Origin: Dictyostelium discoideum
Taxonomy: Eukaryota
Assembly (NCBI GenBank): GCA_000004695.1
Contig: CM000154.2
Span: 1,920,001-1,984,000 of the forward strand
DNA: 64,000 nucleotides
Direction of reading: 5' to 3'
The notes under the pieces are model-generated. The model ran no database searches and had not been told where the DNA came from. It saw only the letters and a program-made list of their open reading frames with translations. Every line of letters starts with the position of its first letter. Position 1 is the stretch's first letter. Below are positions 12,008 to 22,799 of the stretch, piece after piece. Both the position numbers and the translations under genes were made by a program.

Positions 12008-13040
12008 TTTTTTCCCCTTTTTTATTATAAAAGCTTGTCGCCAGAGAAAAATAAAAAAAAAAAAAATAAAAAAACCCGATAATCTCAGATCTGTTGAAAT
12101 GGTAATAAAAGGTTCATAAAAAAAAAAAAAAAAAAAATATCTAATTTACGTTGCAAATTGGGCAATTAACGACGCGTCACTTGTTTTTTTTTTTTTTTTT
12201 TTTTTTCGTGTGATTAATTAACAACATGATTAAAAAAATAAAATGAAAAAAAAAAATAAAATAAAATAAAATAAAAAAAAAAATAAAAAAAATTCTACAA
12301 CCTTGTAAATTAAAAAAAAAAAAAAGGTGGGCATAATTATCAAACTTGGTCCACTTTTCGTAAATTTTTTAAAATTTTTTAAATTTCGTACTATGCGGAA
12401 AAGTCTCTCTTGATTTTTTTTTTCTTTTTTTTTTATACAAAATTTTTTTTCATTTTTTGATAGTAAAAAGATATTTTCATCGAGGCATAATCGAAAAAGT
12501 GGATGGTAGATCCCAGTTAATCGCGATTAAGTTGATTTTTTTTTTTTTTCTTCACTTTTTTTTCACTTTTTTTTATTTTCTTTTTTTTTTTTTTTTTTTA
12601 ATTTTTATTTTATTTTATTTCACAATATTAGGTCGAGTCAACAATTAGATAAACACATTTTAGTGTATTCATAATCTTCTTTTTTTTTTTTTTTCTTTAT
12701 TTTTTAAAATCAAAAAAATCAAATAAAATAAAATTATTCATTTAAATTGCATTTAATAAAAAAAATAAAAAAAATAAAAAAATTAAAAAAAAAATAAAAT
12801 CTAAAAATAGAAAACTATAAATAAAAATTTTGACACCAAACAGAGAAAAAAATAAAAAAAAAAAAAAATAATAAAAAATTATTTTCAAACCAACTTACAA
12901 CACATTACAATTAAAAATAAATAACCTCATATAGTTTATTTAATCCTACTCTCATATTTTATTTCTACAAATTTAAAATAGTCTCAAAATCAATTTTCTA
13001 TTGGTTATTCAAATAATAAAAACAAAAAAAAAAAAAATAA

Positions 13041-13078
<38 letters not shown>

Positions 13079-13711
13079 AAAACTTTCACAAATATACAAC
13101 GAACCTACCAATTTAAGAATAAAATATCTAGCTATATAAGCGAATTATTCACTTTTTTCATATAAATCAATAATCAATAATTAAAAGAATAAAAAAAATT
13201 TAAAAATTTAAAAAATATAAAAATATAATAACAAAAAAAAAAAAAAAAAAAAAATTTAAACATAATAGTAATAAATATTGAATAGAAAAAATAAACAAAA
13301 AAAAAATAAAAATAAATAAATAAATAAATAAAATAATAAATATATAAATAAATAAATAAATAAATAAATATATAAATAAATAATAAATAAATAAATTAAA
13401 TACATTAAATAATTAATTAAATAAATAAAAATAAATAAAAATAAATTAAATAAAATAAATAAATAAATAAATAAATTAACACAAATAAATATATAACTTA
13501 AAAATTAAAAATAAAATTATTAAATAGGAAAATAACAAAAATAATAGATAAAATAAATATAATTAAACTAAAATAAAATAAATTATACCAAACAAAAACA
13601 AAATAACAAATAAAATAATAAAAAGATATTAAAATAAATTAAAAAAAAAATTAAAAAAAAAATAAAAAAAAAAAAAGATAATTTGAATCAAAAATAAATT
13701 GGTTGATTGGG

Positions 13712-13765
<54 letters not shown>

Positions 13766-13768
<3 letters not shown>

Positions 13769-14884
13769 TTAACTCAAGATGAACATAGAGAGGCATGTAG
13801 AGTTTACATGCAAAAATATAGAAGTAAACCAGAGAATAGAGAAAAGATAAGACAACAAAATGCAGAATATAGAAAAAGAAAGAAGCAAGAATCAATTAGA
13901 CAAGTTACAGAGATTGGATCATTAGAAACTACTCTCGATAGTCAAAACTCTAGAATCAGTCAATTGGAAAAACAATTGATTGAATCAAATTTTAAAGTTA
14001 ATTTATTTGAAAAAGAAAAATTAATACCAAAAAATTATTTAAATATTATCAACACTTTAAGATTACAATTAACCAATGCTCAAAATGAAATTGAAGAACA
14101 AAAGAATACAATTTCATTCAATCATCAACAACAACAATCACTTCAACATCAATTACAATCTTTACAATTACAACAACAACAACAATTGGAATTAATAAAT
14201 GCTTATAGTGGTGCCACTAATAATAATAGCAATAATAATTTAACATCACCATCTTCAACTAGTTCATTTTCATTACCACCAACTCCAACTTCTTCAAATG
14301 TTCCATTACAACCATCATTTCAAAGTTCATTCTCTGCTATGAATAGTTTAACAAATGAACAACTTCAACCACAATCACAATCACAATCACAATCACAATC
14401 ACAATCACAATCACAATCACAATCACAATCACAATCACAACAACAACAACAACAACAAAAACAATCACAAAATGTAAATAAAAAACAAAAGATAGTTGGA
14501 TTATTTAATCAAGAATCTAGTCCATCCTCGTCATCATCATCACCATCATCATTTTCAAGTCCACCATCATCTCCTTCACTTCAATATCTTCCATACTCTC
14601 CAGCTTTACCAAATTCAATGACAAATTCTCCATCACCTACTCCAAGTGTAAGCGGTGGTGGCGGTAGTAGTGCTGTATCAACTCCACAAATTTCTTCAAA
14701 TTATTCCAATACAAGTACTGGTAGTTTATCCTCTCTAGTTCCTTTTGAAGAAAATGGCTCAAATATTGTTTCATTTAAACAAACTAATCATTTCACTCTA
14801 GATCTCTTATGTGAGGTACTTCAAAGCGAAAAATCTTTACAGCATACCACCATCACCTTTCCAAGAAAAAAGAAATTTTGGTGA
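13766..14884 (+). CDS. hypothetical protein with an N-terminal basic region plus predicted coiled coil (bZIP-like) and an S/Q-rich tail
   Basis: ORF from ATG at 13766 (MLTQDEHREACRVYMQKYRSKPENREKIRQQNAEYRKRKKQE...). A heptad-like region SLETTLDSQNSRISQLEKQLIES follows. The (CAATCA)n tract at 14378-14437 encodes (QS)n. The bZIP assignment is tentative because the basic region does not match the canonical N-x7-R signature. Confidence 0.5.
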
Positions 14885-15068
14885 TTTTAAAACAAGTATT
14901 GGTTTTGTTTTAAATGATATTAAATTATAAAAAAACAAACAAACCCAAACGAACTAACAAACAACAAGCAAACAAACAATATTTTTTCAATTTTATTTTT
15001 ATTTTTTTTTATATTTCTAATTAATAAAATATTATTTTATTCCATTAATTTATTATATCTTTTGTTTG

Positions 15069-15109
<41 letters not shown>

Positions 15110-16054
15110 CTAAAAATAAAGAATAAATATAAAACATAATCATTATGGTTTAAAAATAATATTTTTTTAAACTATTTTATTTTTATACATTTAATATTTT
15201 ATTTATTTTACTTTTTTTAATTTAATTTATTTTATTATATATTATTTATTTCTTCTTGGTCAGAATCTTCAGAACCTTGGCTTGAATCTTCTTGGTCAGT
15301 TTATTCTTGACCATAATTTTAAAGTTGTTGTTGGAATATTATTTAGCATTTAGTTAAAGAGATCATTAATGTTACTTGGGCCAAAAGTTTTAAAACCATC
15401 TAATAGTTTTGATATTTTTTCCTTTAACCAAACACATTTACGAATAATATTTTTATTTTGTACCCATTATATCAGATAAGCCTTTTAAAAAAATAGTCTT
15501 TCATTCTCTGTCCAGTTTGAACCCTATTTAATTATAATTTGAATAAAAGTATTAATGATGATCACCACTACTTGGTAATTTCTATCACCACTACCCCATT
15601 TTAAAAAATTAATTAAATTGTATTTGTAGAAAAAAGAAAAAATTAAAATTAAATGAAGAAAAAAAAAAAATATAATTTTGGAAAAAAAAAAAAAAATTAA
15701 TTTTGGAAAAAAAAAAAAAATTTAAAATTAATTTACAAGAATTCAACTCCATACACAATTTTATATTTTTTTTTTATTTTTTTTTTTTTATTTTTAAATT
15801 AAGCTTTATAAAATATGTTTATAGTTAAAATTTTTTTTTTTTTTTTTTTTAAATTTTTTTTTTTTTTTTTTTTTTCAAGTTTTTTTTTTTTTATTTCTAT
15901 AAAATAAAAATACAAACATATAAATTCAATTTATACAAATAAATAATAAAAGATAAAAAAAAAAAAAAAAAATGGAATTTTTGTAAGTGTAATTTAAAAA
16001 ATTATAAAAACAATATATTATGAGGAAGAATTTTTTTTTTTAGATAAAACAATA

Positions 16055-17609
16055 AACTTTGTAATGCAATAAATTTGCATCATAAAAAACTTTAATATCA
16101 TGGATTTGGTTGAGAGAATGGTAACCAATGGGAAAATTAAAGAAATATTACCAAAGTTAATATCAACAAAACAAATTCATGAAGAAAAGATTTTATTTTT
16201 AATTAATTTAATTTTAGTATTGTTGGAATCTATTAATTTCATTAAAATTGATAAATAGATAGAGAATTTTAACAATAACACCAATTAATGAAAATAGATT
16301 TAATTTATTGAATGATTATTGGCAAATGTTATTAGAAAATCATCAGTTTTTAAATAATCATTTTATTGAAACAGGAGTATATAATAATTTAATAATCAAT
16401 AAAGATACGTTTGAAAGTGAAGGCAGATTAGAACAAATTCAATTTTATACTCTAGTACATCCAATAATTTGCAAAAACTGTATCAGAAACATTAGCTCAT
16501 AATGCCAAAAATAGATTCAATGATTCAACCATAACTCCAAATCAAATTGTAGACCATACTCGTTTGCTCAATGGTACATGTGAATCTACTTTTTGAATGT
16601 TGAAAAATGGACAATGGATAGAACATGACCAGAGCTCAGTGCTTATATGAACTCATTTAGATCATTCTCTATGCAATGTGTCCAATCGACCACCACTTGG
16701 GATTCAACAACCATTAGAAGAATACCATATTATCGTGATGAACCAGAATATGATACTGAAACTAAATTGGAATTTATTAGATTATTTTTTAATAGTTTGA
16801 CAAATCAATTCTCTAAAAGAACCTTTACAAGAAATGAAAATAAGCAACCATTTGAATCCGAAATGGTAAATCAATTCAATGATAGCAAATTAAAATTAAA
16901 TTATTGTTTAAAATTAGTTAGAAACAATTTCTTGTGCGAAACTGGTAAATTTCAACTTTCAATCAAAGGTTTGTCCAAGTCCCACACCAAGAAAAAAGAG
17001 CAATTTCAGTAAATATAGCAAGAAAATGTATAGGTTATAATGAAGATTCTCGTTTAGATGCTGTAATTTTTCAAACATCTGATTTTCGCCGTAAAGTTAT
17101 ATTTAAAGAAGAAGTTGCCAACTATGAATTTACTCCAAGTTTGGTAAATGAATCAATTAAAATAAAGAATGAATGTGAAGATTTAACACTTCTCCTCAAT
17201 GAAAGAAGATTGGTTCTAAATCAAAATCCAATTTTGTTATCCCAACTAATCGATTTGGCATCAATTATTAAAAATGAAAAACACGAATATAATGCGTTCA
17301 AATAAAATTTCTAATCAACTTAGAATGCAATAATCAAAAATAAAGAATTATTCTGATTCATATTTTGAAAAGGCAAATACTTTCAAATTTAATAAATCAA
17401 TTGTTTCAGAGATTGAAGTCAAATAATTTAATTGAAAGAGAAGGTCTTCCCAATAAATTAGAAAACCTAGATATGGAAAATATTATTGGTTTATATGAAA
17501 TTGAATCTTCAAATGATAATATGGAATGAAAATCCAAATCTATAATTTATTATTGAGGCTTGAACATTATGTGAATCTAATTTTTGTTATAGTGTCATTT
17601 CTGGTTTCA
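16055..17609 (+). repeat. copy A of an unidentified dispersed repeat family (normal-complexity sequence with broken ORFs)
   Basis: Unlike the AT-homopolymer intergenic DNA elsewhere, this segment has codon-like complexity with multiple interrupted frames (ORFs 16308..16502, 16647..17012). 16055-16160 is homologous to 19958-20060; 17380-17540 to 21690-21860; and 17050-17400 to the reverse complement of 21870-22110. Confidence 0.6.
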
Positions 17610-17770
17610 NNNNNNNNNNNNNNNNNNNNNNNNNNNNNNNNNNNNNNNNNNNNNNNNNNNNNNNNNNNNNNNNNNNNNNNNNNNNNNNNNNNNNNNNNNN
17701 NNNNNNNNNAAAATTAGATTCACATAATATAATGTTCAAGCCTCAATAATAAATAATAGATTTGGATTAT
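17525..17770. repeat. imperfect palindrome (inverted repeat arms of about 60 nt) centred on an assembly gap
   Basis: 17525-17585 (aatccaaatctataatttattattgaggcttgaacattatgtgaatctaatttt) is the reverse complement of 17710-17770 (aaaattagattcacataatataatgttcaagcctcaataataaataatagatttggatt). The 100-N gap at 17610-17709 sits exactly at the centre. Confidence 0.75.
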
Positions 17771-18699
17771 TATCAAAAAAAATGGCTGATATAATTAAAA
17801 ATTTATAAATAATAATAATAAATATAATAAAAAAATAAATAAATAAATAAATAAAATTTTAAATAATAAAAAAAAATTAAGAAAAAAAAGGTTAACAAAT
17901 TGAAGCCTTAATATTTATAAATAATAAAAAAAAAAAAAAAAAGTAAGAAAACATTAATTAACATCACATCAAATTTGTTTCGTCAACTTTTTAATTTAAA
18001 TTTAAATGAAGAGATAGAAAATTTAAAATCTGCATATATGCTTATATTGGGAATTAAATCTTTTTAAATGGTTTCAAGTTGGCCCGTTGTAAATGAAATA
18101 ATTGATCTTGAAATTACTGTTGATATTGTAATAGTAATTTCTGTTGTTTTTCTATTTACTGTGAGATTGGTGACATTGTTTCATTATTATTATTATTTTG
18201 TTGACCAGTTATCATTGGCCCATTATCCTCATTATTATAAACTTATTTAATAAACTAATTAAATTAAATAAATTATTACTATTATTAAAGGAAGAAGAAA
18301 ATCTTGTAAATCAAACTCTGGATTTATTTGAAAAAACGGCCCTTGATTTTTTCAAAATATTTTTTAAAAAAAAAAAAAATTAAATGTATAATTATCTAAA
18401 AACAAATTTTAATAATTTAAGATCAAGATTTTGTACCATATCTGTTCTTTTTATTTTTAGATACACTATTTAAATGTTTTAGAATATGTTGAGTTAATAA
18501 AATTACATTTTTTAAAAAAAAATATTTGAACAGATTGGGTAAAAAAAAAAAAAAGAAATTAAAATATTTTTTTAAAAAATTCAGGAATAAATTAATATTT
18601 TATTAATTAGAAATATAAAAAAAAAAAAAAAAATTTAAATGAATAAATAATCTACAAATAAAATTATTTATAATTTTGATTATTCTTTGCAACAATTTT

Positions 18700-19135
18700 T
18701 GATATTTTGAGAGAGCTTTACAGCAATTTCAATAATACTGTACAGTCCATCTTTTTTCGAAATTCTTATCAATTGTAATCATGATAGTTTGCAGTTAGAA
18801 CAATGGCAGTAACTGCTGGTGAAACATCACGAAGAAGGGTATATGCAACACGTTGAACATCAGCAACTGTGATTTCATTAATACGTGTGTATACCTCAAA
18901 TGGTGATAAACGACGACCTAAAGTTAAAATTTGACGACCAATGCCTTCGCAAACTTTACTGGTACCATCGTATTGCATTAATGTGGTAGCTAAAAGTTTT
19001 TGTTTGTTACGTTCTACCTCATTTTTATTGCAACTAGTTGCGATTCTTTGCCACTCCTTCAAACATTTCAGCAACTAAATCATCAACACGTTCTGGTTGA
19101 CAAACACCATAGTTACCAAAAGAGAAAGAACAAAC
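18700..19135 (-). pseudogene. duplicated 3' fragment of the mitochondrial processing peptidase beta gene (mppB pseudogene fragment)
   Basis: 18780-19125 is near-identical at the nucleotide level to 22900-23225 of the intact gene. ORF 18769..19074 encodes LKEWQRIATSCNKNEVERNKQKLLATTLMQYDGTSKVCEGIGRQILTLGRRLSPFEVYTRINEITVADVQRVA..., matching mppB residues about 284-384 with a premature stop. 18700-18780 is more diverged. Homology includes the stop codon and about 20 nt of 3' UTR and ends abruptly at about 19125. Confidence 0.85.
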
Positions 19136-19511
19136 AAAAAAATAAACAAACAAACAAACAAACTAAACAATAAGCTTGGTTTTTTGGTTTGTTTGTTTGT
19201 TTGTTTGCTTGTTGTTTCCTAAACTTTTAATGAATTCTCTTTATATTACATGTAATCTAATTCTTTTTTGCCAGGACTCCTTCAAGAACTTAAAACTTTA
19301 AAATGCCATATTATTCGGACAAATTGGACAAAATCTTAGAAAATAGTTTTTTGGAACAAAAGAAATTGAAATACCAGTTACTCTTTTATGTATAAAGATT
19401 GGTTGATTGCTTTTGTTTTTTAAAAAAAAAAAAAAAAAAAACGCACACTTATAAAAATAGGTAATAACTATTTATTTTTATTTTTTATTCTATCCTCCCT
19501 TTTATCTTTTG

Positions 19512-19545
<34 letters not shown>

Positions 19546-19957
19546 CAATTGGATAAATAAATGAAAATAAGAAATTTAAAAAACTAAAAAAAAAAAATAA
19601 TAATAATAAAAATCCCAACTCAATTTATATTATACAAACGTATTTTTTATATTTTAAAAAAAAAATTTGAAAATTTATATATTTTAAAGGAAAAAAAATT
19701 CTTATCTAACTGTTTTTATTCTGTTCAAAATATAAAAATGTATATTACTTGTTTTGGTGATTTTTTTTTTAATATTCTATTTATTATATTCATTTTTTGG
19801 ATTTTAGTCATTTTTTGTATATTTTACATATTTTATACTATCATTTTGGGTTGAAGTGAAGTAAAATAAAATTTTGCTACCTATTATGGAAAGGGATCAT
19901 ATAGGTTTAAAAATAATGATTATTATTTGGATAATCTAAAATATAAAATTAAAATAG

Positions 19958-20987
19958 TAATGCAACTAATTTTGCTTTTTAATAATGGATTTGGTTAAGA
20001 GAATGGTATCCAATTGAAGAATTATAGGAATGTTACCAAGTTTTTACCAACAAACATTAAAATTGATATTGAGTTTTTAACAACTACACGTGTAGTATAC
20101 TAATAAATGAAAAATTAAAATATTTCAAAAATTAAATCAATTTCTTTTTATTTTATCATTATATTATATAGTTTTGGAATAGACTATATGTTTAAATAAT
20201 AATAGTAAAAAAAAAAATAATGGTTAAAAAATATTTACATTCAAACAATTAATCCATCAAAACTCAAACATTCTTCACGACCACTGAGAAAAATTTTAAC
20301 TTAGGCACTATAAGCCCCAACAGCCCAAACTGAATTGTAAAAACCTTGTAAGGGCTGTTCTTAACCCTTATGAATGATGTATGGGCTGCTTGCAAAGTTT
20401 CAAATTTTGCACGCAGCCCGTACAGTCTTTTAAAGGGTTGTGTAAAGCCCTTACAAGGTTTTTTAGATATTTGCTAACAACAATAATACTTAAAAAAAAA
20501 AAACGGTTGCACAACCCATTCAAATTTTTAAAAAAAATTATTCAAACGAAAATTCAATATTAATAAATATATATGAAATTTCATATTTATATAAAAAAAT
20601 AATCAAAATAAATACAATAATTTATAATTTTTTTTTTTTATATAAAAAAATATAAAATCAAATAAATATAAATATATTTTTATCTATTTTAAATTTTATA
20701 TAAATTTTTTTTTTTTTTTTTTTTTTCTATTTATTTGATTTTATTTGATTTTTTTATTTTTGACCTAAAATAAATGTAAAGTTATTAGTTAAAGTTATTA
20801 GTTTTTTTATTTTTTTTTTTTATTTATTTATTTTTTTTTTTTTAGGTACTTTAATATTAAAAAAAAAACATGTTATTTTTTAAAAAAAATTTACATTTAT
20901 ATATAGGATATAAATTTTCCTATTTTATTTTATTTTATTTCCTAAATATAAATTCCTATTTTATTTTATTTTATTTATTTATTGGTT

Positions 20988-21069
<82 letters not shown>

Positions 21070-22110
21070 TAATTGACTATAGTATAATAATTTTTGAATC
21101 TATATTTAAATAAAATATAATTGAAAAATATAAAATAAAAACAATATGCAAAGTGATTTTTTATTTTAATTTTGGTAAAGAGAAAATTAAAATTAAAAAA
21201 AAGAAAAAATTAATAATAAAAAATACTACATACATTCAGGTTTTTATTTTTTTTGCAAAGTCACAAACAATATTATCGTATTTTCTTACCAAATGTTTAA
21301 ATAAATAAATTTATTAACAACGATTAAATATTGTTTATTTTTTAAATACATTTAAAAAAGAAAAAATTATAAACCTTGTTATTGCCCATTTTAAAAAAAA
21401 CCTTTGGAATCTTTGCAGTACATTTTTTTTTTTAAAAAAAAAAAATACCTTGTATTAGCCCGGTTGGGACGAATAGACCGTTCAGCCATTTAGTCCATTT
21501 TTTTTTTTTTAAAAAAAAATTTTTTAAGGACTGTCAACCGGGTTTATACAAGCCCTTATAAGAGATCATGGCTTGGTCGTGTTGTAAAATAATATATAAA
21601 CAATAAAATAAAATAAAATAAAATAGAAAAAAATATTAAAATCATTTTAAATCATATAATGTATGTGCCATATTTGATCTTTATTAAACATTATTTTTAG
21701 TTTTTCAGCTGAAGTCAAAATAAATAAGTTAATTGATAGAGAAGGTACCATGAAATTAGAGAAAATAGTTATTGAAAATATTATTAGTTTAAATGAAAAA
21801 GAATTTTCAAATGGATTTATGGAAATTTATTATTTATTAAACCTATATTGTGTCGATTTGAGTGTTTTCATCTTTTCCAAGGATGAATCAGCCAATTTCT
21901 TTATTTTAGAAGTTGCTTTCTAAGTTGACTCTGAGATTATTTCTAATCCATTATGGATTTATATATATGGTTTTTTCTCTTTTACAATATGAAATCTTCT
22001 TTCATTCATCCTTAAATTTAATAAATTCATATAACAAGCTTAGAGAAATTTCATAGTGGGCAACTTCTTCAGAAATATAACTCTACGACGAACATCTGGT
22101 GTAGGACTTT
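19958..22110. repeat. copy B of the same dispersed repeat family, rearranged with an internal inversion and GC-richer hairpin islands
   Basis: See copy A for homology blocks. 21690-21860 (plus orientation) and 21870-22110 (inverted) match adjacent parts of copy A. Hairpin islands lie at 20340-20460 and 21465-21560. Confidence 0.55.
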
Positions 22111-22139
22111 GGACAAACCTTCGAAAGAAATAAAATAAT

Positions 22140-22193
22140 TATCAACACACCAACATAATAATAATATAATGATAATAATAATAATAATAATTA

Positions 22194-22283
<90 letters not shown>

Positions 22284-22310
22284 TAATAATAATAATAAGA
22301 TTACTCAACT
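22140..22310. repeat. (ATT/AAT)n microsatellite
   Basis: ataataataataat... run. A second (ATT)n run lies at 22617-22702. Confidence 0.9.
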
Positions 22311-22611
22311 AAAACATACAAAACACAAATATTAAATAAACGTGAATAAAATAATATATATGAAAATTATAAATATAAATTGTTATTTTAGGGAAAAATA
22401 TCATAAATGCCCAACACATACCAAAACACTCAACGGATGAATATAAAAATAAAGACCAAATATCAATACGAATTAAAACGATTTTAGTATGTTTTTTTTT
22501 TCATTTTATTTTATTATTATTTTTATATATATTATTTTTTAACAGTTTTTTTTTGAGAATGTATGAGTTTAGTGTGGATTAATTGCCTGAATGTATTTAT
22601 GTATTAACCAC

Positions 22612-22701
<90 letters not shown>

Positions 22702-22799
22702 TAATATTATTAATATTATTATTTATTTTTATAAACCTATAATCTGTTCCAATACTAAATAATTTAAAGATAAAAAAAAAAAAAATTAGTAAAAATTTA

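Noticed and set aside
22069-22308. 79-aa ORF with poly-Ile
   Set aside because: Translation of the (ATT)n microsatellite.
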